IMG/VR virus record: IMGVR_UViG_2565956600_000003
Length of the DNA: 8,188 nt
From: a virus
Lineage: Duplodnaviria; Heunggongvirae; Uroviricota; Caudoviricetes
Strand: one strand, 5' to 3'
Shown here in pieces: positions 1 to 7,210 of the stretch. Numbering within the stretch: the stretch's first letter is position 1; each line of letters opens with the position of its first letter. A model generated the notes under the pieces. It was not told the DNA's origin and searched no databases. It worked only from the letters and a program-made list of their open reading frames with translations. A program made the position numbers and the translations under genes.

Positions 1-1
1 C

Positions 2-151
2 GTGATTCAGTTAAAGCTGCAGGCCGGGCGCAAACTGACGCAAGAAGAAACTACCCGACTTAACGTTGTTCTGGATTATATCGACGCTGTGACGGCAACA
101 GATACCAGCACCGCACCGGATGTCATCTGGCCTGAACTGCAGGAGGCGTAG
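2..151 (+). CDS. G: Tail fibre assembly protein, C-terminal 49 codons (5' end lies outside the window)
   Basis: Open frame from the window edge (phase starting at nt 2) to TAG at 149-151. Translation ...LQAGRKLTQEETTRLNVVLDYIDAVTATDTSTAPDVIWPELQEA resembles the conserved C-terminus of phage tail-fibre assembly (Tfa / P2 gpG) proteins as I recall them. Its position directly upstream of the sheath gene matches P2 gene order. Confidence 0.7.
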   Translation: MIQLKLQAGRKLTQEETTRLNVVLDYIDAVTATDTSTAPDVIWPELQEA

Positions 152-359
152 GCCATTCAATATCTGACGCACCGGAAGTATCGGACCGCTCCGGTGCGTA
201 CAGGTAATCCAGCCACAAATTATATTGCGCCAGTACCTCAGACCTGCCGGGCTATTGCTTACTGTTCATGTATTTATTGGCCTGATTAATCAGTAGCTGT
301 CTTTCTGGTCGTGTGGATCCTGCAAATCCTGAATGGTAGGAAATACCGCAATAAATACA

Positions 360-384
360 GGCGGGCTGATTGCCCGCCTTTTTT
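360..384 (+). terminator. Intrinsic terminator closing the upstream tail-fibre operon
   Basis: Perfect GC-rich hairpin GGCGGGC-tgatt-GCCCGCC (360-378) followed by TTTTTT (379-384). On the opposite strand it is preceded by an A-run and followed by a moderately T-rich stretch, so it may work in both directions. Confidence 0.6.
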
Positions 385-481
385 ATCTGTTGTTTCATCC
401 CCTGACCAGCCAGGTCAAATAGCATCTCATGCCCTGCACAACTGAAAATACCACTCACCCATTAACCACGGAGTTAAACGG
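385..481 (+). promoter_or_regulatory. Probable late promoter region for the FI operon (PF-like) plus FI ribosome-binding site
   Basis: Sits between the upstream terminator and the FI start. Contains a 5-bp-arm palindrome TGACC-N5-GGTCA (403-417), a possible -10-like element around 444-449, and a GGAG Shine-Dalgarno at 470-473, 8 nt before the ATG at 482. I could not find a perfect TGT-N12-ACA Ogr-type dyad, so the exact promoter elements are uncertain. Confidence 0.3.
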
Positions 482-1672
482 ATGAGTGACTATCATCACG
501 GCGTGCAGGTGCTGGAGATTAACGACGGCACACGCGTCATTTCCACCGTATCCACTGCCATTGTCGGCATGGTCTGCACGGCCAGCGATGCGGATGCGGA
601 AACCTTCCCCCTCAATAAACCGGTGCTGATTACCAATGTGCAGAGTGCAATTGCAAAGGCCGGTAAAAAAGGCACGCTGGCGGCATCGTTGCAGGCCATC
701 GCCGACCAGTCAAAACCGGTCACCGTTGTTGTGCGTGTGGAAGACGGCACCGGCGACGACGAAGAAACGAAACTCGCGCAGACCGTTTCCAATATCATCG
801 GCACCACCGACGAAAACGGTCAGTACACCGGACTAAAAGCCCTGATGGGCGCTGAGTCGGTTACCGGCGTTAAACCGCGTATTCTCGGCGTACCGGGACT
901 GGATACCAAAGAGGTGGCTGTTGCACTGGCATCAGTCTGTCAGAAGCTGCGCGCTTTCGGGTATATCAGCGCATGGGGCTGTAAAACCATTTCCGAGGTG
1001 AAAGCCTACCGCCAGAATTTCAGCCAGCGTGAACTGATGGTTATCTGGCCGGATTTCCTCGCATGGGATACGGCCACCAGTACCACCGCCACCGCGTATG
1101 CCACCGCCCGTGCGCTGGGTCTGCGTGCCAGAATCGACCAGGAGCAGGGCTGGCATAAAACGCTGTCCAACGTCGGGGTAAACGGTGTTACCGGCATCAG
1201 TGCCTCTGTATTCTGGGATTTGCAGGAGTCCGGCACCGATGCTGACCTGTTGAATGAGTCAGGTGTCACAACGCTGATTCGCCGTGACGGTTTCCGATTC
1301 TGGGGTAACCGTACCTGCTCTGATGACCCGCTGTTCCTCTTTGAAAACTACACCCGCACCGCGCAGGTGCTGGCCGACACGATGGCTGAGGCGCACATGT
1401 GGGCGGTGGACAAGCCCATCACCGCAACGCTGATTCGCGACATCGTTGACGGCATCAATGCCAAATTCCGTGAGCTGAAAACAAACGGCTATATCGTGGA
1501 TGCGACCTGCTGGTTCAGCGAAGAATCCAACGATGCGGAAACCCTTAAGGCCGGAAAACTGTATATCGACTACGACTATACCCCGGTGCCTCCTCTTGAA
1601 AACCTGACCCTGCGCCAGCGTATTACCGATAAATACCTGGCAAATCTGGTCACTTCGGTTAACAGCAATTAA
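482..1672 (+). CDS. FI: Contractile tail sheath protein (P2 gpFI family)
   Basis: 396-aa ORF with ATG start and SD-like GGAG upstream. Sequence and length match what I recall of P2 gpFI (MSDYHHGVQVLEIN...). Followed 12 nt later by the tube gene, as in P2. Confidence 0.95.
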   Translation: MSDYHHGVQVLEINDGTRVISTVSTAIVGMVCTASDADAETFPLNKPVLITNVQSAIAKAGKKGTLAASLQAIADQSKPVTVVVRVEDGTGDDEETKLAQTVSNIIGTTDENGQYTGLKALMGAESVTGVKPRILGVPGLDTKEVAVALASVCQKLRAFGYISAWGCKTISEVKAYRQNFSQRELMVIWPDFLAWDTATSTTATAYATARALGLRARIDQEQGWHKTLSNVGVNGVTGISASVFWDLQESGTDADLLNESGVTTLIRRDGFRFWGNRTCSDDPLFLFENYTRTAQVLADTMAEAHMWAVDKPITATLIRDIVDGINAKFRELKTNGYIVDATCWFSEESNDAETLKAGKLYIDYDYTPVPPLENLTLRQRITDKYLANLVTSVNSN

Positions 1673-1684
1673 GGAGCCTGACCG

Positions 1685-2203
1685 ATGGCAATGCCGCGCA
1701 AACTCAAGTTAATGAACGTCTTTCTGAACGGCTACAGCTATCAGGGCGTTGCAAAGTCCGTCACGCTGCCAAAACTGACCCGTAAGCTCGAAAACTATCG
1801 CGGTGCTGGGATGAACGGCAGCGCACCGGTAGACCTCGGCCTTGATGACGATGCGCTGTCAATGGAGTGGTCGCTCGGTGGCTTCCCGGATTCGGTTATC
1901 TGGGAGCTTTACGCCTCAACCGGTGTGGATGCCGTGCCGATTCGTTTTGCAGGCTCTTACCAGCGCGACGATACCGGCGAAACGGTGGCCGTCGAAGTGG
2001 TCATGCGTGGACGTCAGAAAGAAATCGACACCGGCGAGGGTAAACAGGGAGAAGACACCGAGTCGAAAATCTCCGTGGTCTGCACCTATTTCCGGCTGAC
2101 GATGGACGGTAAGGAGCTGGTCGAAATCGACACCATCAACATGATTGAGAAGGTGAACGGCGTCGACCGGCTGGAGCAACACCGCCGAAATATCGGCCTG
2201 TGA
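1685..2203 (+). CDS. FII: Tail tube protein (P2 gpFII family)
   Basis: 172-aa ORF. Strong SD AAGGAG at 1671-1676, overlapping the FI stop. Length and sequence are consistent with P2 gpFII. Synteny sheath then tube. Confidence 0.95.
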   Translation: MAMPRKLKLMNVFLNGYSYQGVAKSVTLPKLTRKLENYRGAGMNGSAPVDLGLDDDALSMEWSLGGFPDSVIWELYASTGVDAVPIRFAGSYQRDDTGETVAVEVVMRGRQKEIDTGEGKQGEDTESKISVVCTYFRLTMDGKELVEIDTINMIEKVNGVDRLEQHRRNIGL

Positions 2204-2259
2204 TTTTCATCCGGTCAGCCTGGCTGACCGGTTAACCCTGATTCAGAAGTGAGAAAACC

Positions 2260-2535
2260 ATGAACAAAGAAAATGTCATTACCCTGGAAAATCCGGTCAA
2301 GCGTGGTGAGCAGGTCATCGAACAGGTCACGCTGATGAAACCCAATGCCGGGACGCTGCGCGGTGTCAGTCTGGCAGCGGTCGCAAACTCCGAAGTTGAT
2401 GCACTAATTAAGGTGTTGCCGCGCATGACGGCACCGATGCTGACCGAGCAGGAAGTCGCCGCGCTGGAACTGCCTGACCTTGTGGCGCTGGCCGGTAAGG
2501 TGGTCGGTTTTTTGTCGCCGAACTCGGTGCAGTAA
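2260..2535 (+). CDS. E: Tail assembly chaperone gpE (zero-frame product)
   Basis: 91-aa ORF placed between the tube and tape-measure genes, as P2 gpE is. Contains the slippery run near its 3' end. Confidence 0.9.
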   Translation: MNKENVITLENPVKRGEQVIEQVTLMKPNAGTLRGVSLAAVANSEVDALIKVLPRMTAPMLTEQEVAALELPDLVALAGKVVGFLSPNSVQ

Positions 2536-2687
2536 CGTTCCCGAAAAATCTCTCGGTCGATGACCTGATGGCGGATGTGGCAGTGATATTTCACTGGCCG
2601 CCATCAGAACTGTATCCCATGAGCCTGACCGAACTCATCACATGGCGCGAAAAGGCGCTCCGGCGAAGCGGAAACACGAATGAGTAA
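2260..2687 (+). CDS. E+E': Tail assembly chaperone gpE+E', predicted product of a programmed -1 ribosomal frameshift
   Basis: Slippery heptamer T_TTT_TTG at 2508-2514 in the E frame. I translated the -1 frame from 2514 by hand: it is open for 57 codons (VAELGAVTFPKNLSVDDLMADVAVIFHWPPSELYPMSLTELITWREKALRRSGNTNE) and ends at TAA 2685-2687, overlapping the T start at 2680. Predicted fusion is about 142 aa, the size expected for P2 gpE+E'. Analogous to lambda G/GT. Confidence 0.75.
2508..2514 (+). other. Programmed -1 frameshift slippery site (T TTT TTG)
   Basis: Canonical X_XXY_YYZ heptamer in the E reading frame, positioned so that a -1 slip yields the long E' extension. Confidence 0.7.
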
Positions 2688-5127
2688 CAATGTAAAATTA
2701 CAGGTATTGCTCAGGGCTGTTGACCAGGCATCCCGCCCGTTTAAATCCATCCGCACAGCGAGTAAGTCGCTGTCGGGGGATATCCGGGAAACACAAAAAT
2801 CACTGCGCGAGCTGAACGGTCACGCATCCCGTATTGAGGGATTTCGCAAGACCAGTGCACAGCTTGCCGTGACTGGTCATGCACTTGAAAAGGCACGGCA
2901 GGAAGCTGAAGCCCTTGCCACACAGTTTAAAAATACCGAACGACCGACCCGTGCTCAGGTGAAAGTGCTGGAATCCGCAAAGCGTGCGACGGAGGACTTA
3001 CAGGCGAAATATAACCGCCTGACGGATTCCGTTAAACGCCAGCAGCGGGAACTGGCCGCTGTGGGAATTAATACCCGCAATCTTGCACATGATGAGCAGG
3101 GGCTGAAAAACCGTATCAGTGAAACCACCGCACAGCTTAATCGTCAGCGTGACGCGCTGGCGCGTGTCAGTGCGCAACAGGCAAAACTTAACGCAGTCAA
3201 ACAGCGTTATCAGGCAGGAAAGGAACTGGCCGGAAATATGGCCTCAGTGGGCGCTGCCGGTGTGGGGATTGCTGCTGCGGGAACGATGGCCGGAGTTAAG
3301 TTGCTGATGCCCGGTTATGAGTTTGCGCAGAAAAACTCAGAATTGCAGGCCGTGCTAGGTGTGGCAAAAGACTCCGCCGAAATGACCGCACTACGCAAAC
3401 AGGCGCGCCAGCTCGGCGACAATACCGCCGCCTCGGCGGATGATGCGGCCGGTGCACAGATAATCATCGCGAAAGCGGGTGGGGATGTTGATGCCATTCA
3501 GGCGGCAACGCCGGTCACGCTGAATATGGCGCTGGCGAACCGCCGCACGATGGAAGAAAACGCCGCCCTGCTGATGGGGATGAAATCCGCCTTTCAGCTT
3601 TCAAACGATAAGGTCGCTCATATCGGGGATGTTCTCTCCATGACGATGAACAAAACCGCCGCCGATTTTGACGGCATGAGCGATGCGCTGACCTATGCCG
3701 CACCTGTGGCAAAAAATGCCGGTGTCAGCATTGAAGAAACCGCCGCAATGGTCGGGGCGCTGCATGATGCAAAAATCACAGGCTCAATGGCGGGGACGGG
3801 AAGCCGTGCCGTGTTAAGCCGCCTGCAGGCACCGACGGGAAAAGCATGGGATGCACTCAAAGAGCTTGGTGTGAAAACCTCAGACAGTAAGGGAAACACC
3901 CGGCCAGTATTTACCATTCTGAAAGAAATGCAGGCCAGTTTTGAGAAAAACCGGCTCGGTACTGCCCAGCAGGCTGAATACATGAAAACCATTTTCGGGG
4001 AGGAGGCCAGCTCAGCCGCTGCTGTGCTGATGACTGCCGCCTCAACCGGAAAGCTGGACAAACTGACCGCTGCGTTTAAAGCCTCAGACGGGAAGACCGC
4101 AGAGCTGGTAAATATCATGCAGGACAACCTCGGCGGTGACTTTAAGGAGTTTCAGTCCGCTTATGAGGCGGTGGGGACTGACCTGTTTGACCAGCAGGAA
4201 GGCGCGCTGCGTAAGCTCACACAGACGGCCACAAAGTATGTGTTAAAACTCGACGGCTGGATCCAGAAAAACAAATCACTGGCGTCAACCATCGGCCTCA
4301 TTGTCGGTGGCGCGCTGGCGCTGACTGGCGTCATCGGTGCCATTGGCCTCGTAGCCTGGCCGGTTATCACCGGCATCAATGCCATCATCGCGGCAGCAGG
4401 CGCAATGGGGGCAATTTTCACGACGGTTGGCAGTGCCGTTATGACGGCCATCGGGGCGATTAGCTGGCCGGTAGTGGCCGTGGTGGCCGCCATTGTCGCC
4501 GGAGCGTTACTTATCCGTAAATACTGGGGGCCTGTCAGCGCATTCTTTGGCGGTGTGGTGGAAGGGCTGAAAGCGGCATTTGCGCCGGTGGGGGAACTGT
4601 TCACGCCACTGAAGCCGGTGTTTGACTGGCTGGGCGAAAAGTTACAGGCCGCGTGGCAGTGGTTTAAAAACCTGATTGCCCCGGTTAAAGCCACCCAGGA
4701 CACCCTGAACCGTTGCCGTGACACGGGCGTCATGTTCGGGCAGGCACTGGCTGACGCGTTGATGCTGCCGCTTAATGCGTTCAACAAACTGCGCAGTGGT
4801 ATTGACTGGGTACTGGAAAAACTCGGTGTTATCAACAAAGAGTCAGACACACTTGACCAGACCGCCGCAAGGACTCATGCCGCCACGTATGGCACCGGTG
4901 GTTATATTCCGGCGACCAGCTCTTATGCAGGCTATCAGGCTTATCAGCCGGTCACGGCACCGGCTGGCCGCTCTTATGTAGACCAGAGTAAAAACGAATA
5001 TCACATCAGCCTGACGGGTGGTACTGCGCCGGGGACACCGCTTGACCGCCAGTTACAGGATGCGCTCGAAAAATACGAGCGGGATAAACGTGCGCGCGCC
5101 CGTGCCAGCATGATGCATGACGGTTAA
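2680..5127 (+). CDS. T: Tail tape measure protein (P2 gpT family)
   Basis: 815-aa ORF. N-terminal region is coiled-coil-like (Q/R/K/A/L-rich); the central part has long Gly/Ala/Ile/Val-rich hydrophobic segments typical of tape-measure proteins. Follows the frameshift chaperone pair, as in P2. Confidence 0.95.
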   Translation: MSNNVKLQVLLRAVDQASRPFKSIRTASKSLSGDIRETQKSLRELNGHASRIEGFRKTSAQLAVTGHALEKARQEAEALATQFKNTERPTRAQVKVLESAKRATEDLQAKYNRLTDSVKRQQRELAAVGINTRNLAHDEQGLKNRISETTAQLNRQRDALARVSAQQAKLNAVKQRYQAGKELAGNMASVGAAGVGIAAAGTMAGVKLLMPGYEFAQKNSELQAVLGVAKDSAEMTALRKQARQLGDNTAASADDAAGAQIIIAKAGGDVDAIQAATPVTLNMALANRRTMEENAALLMGMKSAFQLSNDKVAHIGDVLSMTMNKTAADFDGMSDALTYAAPVAKNAGVSIEETAAMVGALHDAKITGSMAGTGSRAVLSRLQAPTGKAWDALKELGVKTSDSKGNTRPVFTILKEMQASFEKNRLGTAQQAEYMKTIFGEEASSAAAVLMTAASTGKLDKLTAAFKASDGKTAELVNIMQDNLGGDFKEFQSAYEAVGTDLFDQQEGALRKLTQTATKYVLKLDGWIQKNKSLASTIGLIVGGALALTGVIGAIGLVAWPVITGINAIIAAAGAMGAIFTTVGSAVMTAIGAISWPVVAVVAAIVAGALLIRKYWGPVSAFFGGVVEGLKAAFAPVGELFTPLKPVFDWLGEKLQAAWQWFKNLIAPVKATQDTLNRCRDTGVMFGQALADALMLPLNAFNKLRSGIDWVLEKLGVINKESDTLDQTAARTHAATYGTGGYIPATSSYAGYQAYQPVTAPAGRSYVDQSKNEYHISLTGGTAPGTPLDRQLQDALEKYERDKRARARASMMHDG

Positions 5128-5141
5128 GGAGGTGACGAAAA

Positions 5142-5621
5142 ATGATGCTCGCGTTAGGTATGTTTGTTTTTATGCGCCAGACGCTGCCACACCAGACCAT
5201 GCAGCGTGAATCAGATTATCGCTGGCCGTCAAATTCCCGTATCGGTAAACGGGATGCCTACCAGTTTCTCGGTGTGGGTGAGGAAAACATGACGCTTGCC
5301 GGCGTGCTTTATCCCGAACTGACCGGCGGGAAGCTGACGATGACCACGCTCAGGCTGATGGCAGAGGAAGGCCGGGCGTGGCCGTTGCTGGATGGCACCG
5401 GCATGATTTACGGCATGTATGTCATCAGCAGGGTGAGTGAAACAGGGAGTATTTTCTTTGCAGACGGCACACCCCGGAAAATTGATTTTACGCTGTCGCT
5501 CACCCGTGTTGATGAATCACTGGCCGCGCTTTATGGCGATATCGGTAAACAGGCGGAATCGCTCATCGGTAAGGCTGGCAGTATGGCGGCTAAATTCACG
5601 GGTATGACGGGGGCGGAATAA
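5142..5621 (+). CDS. U: Tail protein gpU (P2 gpU family; tail completion / tube-initiator-like)
   Basis: 159-aa ORF. Strong SD AGGAGGTG at 5128-5135. Its stop overlaps the D start (TAATG at 5619-5623). Length and position match P2 gpU. Confidence 0.9.
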   Translation: MMLALGMFVFMRQTLPHQTMQRESDYRWPSNSRIGKRDAYQFLGVGEENMTLAGVLYPELTGGKLTMTTLRLMAEEGRAWPLLDGTGMIYGMYVISRVSETGSIFFADGTPRKIDFTLSLTRVDESLAALYGDIGKQAESLIGKAGSMAAKFTGMTGAE

Positions 5622-6784
5622 TGCTGGATGCGCGGACATTTGATGCAGGCAGTACGCTGACGCCGGATTACATGCTGATGCTCGACAGCAGGGATATTAC
5701 CGGCAATATCAGCGACCGTCTGATGAGCATGACCCTGACGGATAACCGGGGCTTTGAGGCTGATCAGCTTGATATTGAACTGAACGATGCCGACGGGCAG
5801 GTCGGGCTGCCGATTCGTGGCGCTATCCTGACGGTGTATATCGGCTGGAAAGGTTTTGCCCTTGTATGCAAAGGGAAATTTACCGTTGATGAGGTTGAAC
5901 ACCGGGGCGCGCCGGATGTGGTCACCATCCGCGCCCGGAGTGCAGATTTTCGCGGGACGCTCAATTCCCGCCGTGAAGGCTCCTGGCATGACACCACGCT
6001 CGGTGCGATTGTTGAGGCAATAGCCTCCCGTAACAAGCTGGAAGCCAGTGTCGCTCCGCCACTGGCCGGAATTAAAATCCCGCACATCGACCAGTCGCAG
6101 GAGTCCGATGCGAAATTCCTGACCCGTCTTGCTGAACGCAACGGCGGTGAGGTGTCGGTAAAAATGGGAAAACTGTTGTTTCTCAAAGCGGGGCAGGGGG
6201 TGACGGCCAGCGGTAAGAAAATCCCGCAGGTCACCATCACCCGCAGCGACGGCGACCGTCATTATTTTGCGATTGCTGACCGTGGAGCCTACACCGGCGT
6301 AACGGCAAAGTGGTTACACACCAAAGACCCGAAGCCGCAAAAGCAGAAGGTAAAACTGAAACGCAAAAAGAAAGAGAAACACCTGCGCGCACTGGAGCAC
6401 CCGAAAGCGAAACCGGTCACGCAGAAGAAAGCACCAAAAGTACCGGAAGCGCGCGAAGGTGAATACATGGCCGGTGAGGCTGACAACGTTTTTGCCCTGA
6501 CCACGGTATATGCCACGAAAGCGCAGGCAATGCGCGCCGCTCAGGCGAAGTGGGACAAACTGCAACGGGGCGTTGCGGAGTTCTCCATCAGCCTTGCCAC
6601 TGGTCGGGCTGATATTTACACGGAAACGCCGGTCAGAGTGTCAGGCTTTAAGCGCGTCATAGACGAGCAGGACTGGACAGTCACTAAGGTGACACATTTT
6701 CTGAATAATAGCGGCTTCACGACGTCCCTGGAGCTTGAGGTCAGGCTTTCTGATGTGGAGTACGAAACAGAAGATGATGAGTGA
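5621..6784 (+). CDS. D: Tail protein gpD (P2 late control gene D family; baseplate hub-like)
   Basis: 387-aa ORF, the same length as P2 gpD. Translationally coupled to U. Contains a Lys/Pro-rich low-complexity segment at about aa 235-276. Confidence 0.9.
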   Translation: MLDARTFDAGSTLTPDYMLMLDSRDITGNISDRLMSMTLTDNRGFEADQLDIELNDADGQVGLPIRGAILTVYIGWKGFALVCKGKFTVDEVEHRGAPDVVTIRARSADFRGTLNSRREGSWHDTTLGAIVEAIASRNKLEASVAPPLAGIKIPHIDQSQESDAKFLTRLAERNGGEVSVKMGKLLFLKAGQGVTASGKKIPQVTITRSDGDRHYFAIADRGAYTGVTAKWLHTKDPKPQKQKVKLKRKKKEKHLRALEHPKAKPVTQKKAPKVPEAREGEYMAGEADNVFALTTVYATKAQAMRAAQAKWDKLQRGVAEFSISLATGRADIYTETPVRVSGFKRVIDEQDWTVTKVTHFLNNSGFTTSLELEVRLSDVEYETEDDE

Positions 6785-6801
6785 TGTTTTATTTTATCTA
6801 T

Positions 6802-6830
6802 TTGTTTTGTAAGGATAAATTAACTAAAAT
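6802..6830 (+). promoter_or_regulatory. Putative sigma70-type promoter for ogr
   Basis: AT-rich region immediately after the D stop. TTGTTT (6802-6807), 17-bp spacer, TAAAAT (6825-6830), about 35 nt upstream of the ogr ATG. Sequence-based only. Confidence 0.4.
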
Positions 6831-6864
6831 GGCACCATCAACAAAACCGGAAGAGGTGCTCGCG

Positions 6865-7083
6865 ATGTTTCATTGTCCTTTATGCCAGCATGCCGCACAT
6901 GCGCGTACAAGCCGCTATATCACTGACACGACAAAAGAGCGTTATCACCAGTGTCAGAACGTGAATTGCAGCGCCACGTTCATCACTTATGAGTCGGTAC
7001 AGCGATACATCGTGAAGCCGGGAGAAGTCCACGCCGTGAGGCCGCACCCGTTGCCGTCAGGGCAGCAAATTATGTGGATGTAA
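6865..7083 (+). CDS. ogr: Ogr, zinc-finger transcriptional activator of late genes
   Basis: 72-aa product MFHCPLCQHAAHARTSRYITDTTKERYHQCQNVNC... with the Cys-X2-Cys-X22-Cys-X4-Cys zinc-binding pattern of P2 Ogr. SD AAGAGG at 6851-6856. The track ORF starting at 6781 is a GTG-initiated upstream extension that I do not accept. Confidence 0.9.
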   Translation: MFHCPLCQHAAHARTSRYITDTTKERYHQCQNVNCSATFITYESVQRYIVKPGEVHAVRPHPLPSGQQIMWM

Positions 7084-7094
7084 TTACAAACAGG

Positions 7095-7120
7095 AAGCCC
7101 CTCAGTCGAGGGGCTTTTTT
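7095..7120 (+). terminator. Intrinsic terminator after ogr (end of late transcription)
   Basis: Hairpin AAGCCCCTC-agtc-GAGGGGCTT (7095-7116) running into TTTTTT (7115-7120), 12 nt after the ogr stop. Confidence 0.8.
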
Positions 7121-7183
7121 GTCGATGTGGTCAATGTGTGGACGTGACCAGAAATAAATCCTTTTATTTCATGTAATTAGATA

Positions 7184-7210
7184 TTAAAAAATGTCACCAA
7201 TAACTGACAT
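7184..7210 (-). pseudogene. pflA: pflA 5' remnant: native start codon plus 5 codons fused to phage sequence, in-frame stop after 8 codons
   Basis: The minus strand reads ATG TCA GTT ATT GGT GAC ATT TTT TAA (MSVIGDIF*). PflA, as I recall it, begins MSVIGRIHSFESCG..., so the first 15 nt match and the sequence then diverges into AT-rich phage DNA. Confidence 0.6.

Larger units (their letters stand above)
1..7195. mobile_element. P2-like prophage, right-hand portion (tail module to ogr to attR). The left boundary is outside the window; the right boundary is approximately 7190-7198.
   Basis: Uninterrupted P2 gene order G-FI-FII-E/E'-T-U-D-ogr. Host-like sequence (pflA start, pflB) resumes immediately to the right of an AT-rich segment at 7121-7195. 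Confidence 0.85.

Noticed and set aside
252-458. 68-aa minus-strand ORF in the G-FI intergenic region
   Set aside because: GTG start, no convincing RBS, spans the 360-384 terminator hairpin and the likely FI promoter, and has no recognisable similarity. Kept only as a low-probability candidate in the hotspot finding.
496-1269. Several 66-103-aa ORFs on both strands inside FI (496-807 -, 636-836 +, 932-1156 -, 1006-1269 -)
   Set aside because: Fully overlapped by the sheath gene. No independent start signals. Typical alternative-frame noise.
1842-2604. Alternative-frame and antisense ORFs overlapping FII and E (1842-2099 +, 1916-2182 -, 2232-2594 -, 2404-2604 -)
   Set aside because: Overlap strongly supported genes. 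The minus-strand ones would run through the E/E' recoding region. No RBS or homology.
4161-4850. 229-aa minus-strand ORF, plus further antisense ORFs at 3315-3497, 3515-3712 and 3693-4127 (minus) and short sense-strand alternative-frame ORFs at 3119-3307 and 4775-4981, all inside the tape-measure gene
   Set aside because: Shadow ORFs within a GC-rich, Ala/Gly-rich coding region. Translations are low-complexity (S/A/P/T-rich) with no start context. The T frame is strongly supported.
5531-6262. 243-aa and 158-aa minus-strand ORFs, plus 6289-6565 minus-strand ORFs, antisense to U and D
   Set aside because: Antisense frames of well-supported genes. The 6289-6565 ORFs are the complement of the Lys-rich gpD segment (giving Phe/Leu-rich artefacts).
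6781-7083. 100-aa version of the ogr ORF starting at GTG 6781, overlapping the D stop
   Set aside because: The N-terminal 28 codons are AT-rich promoter-like sequence. The internal ATG at 6865 has a good SD (AAGAGG) and gives the 72-aa protein matching the known Ogr length and zinc-finger spacing.
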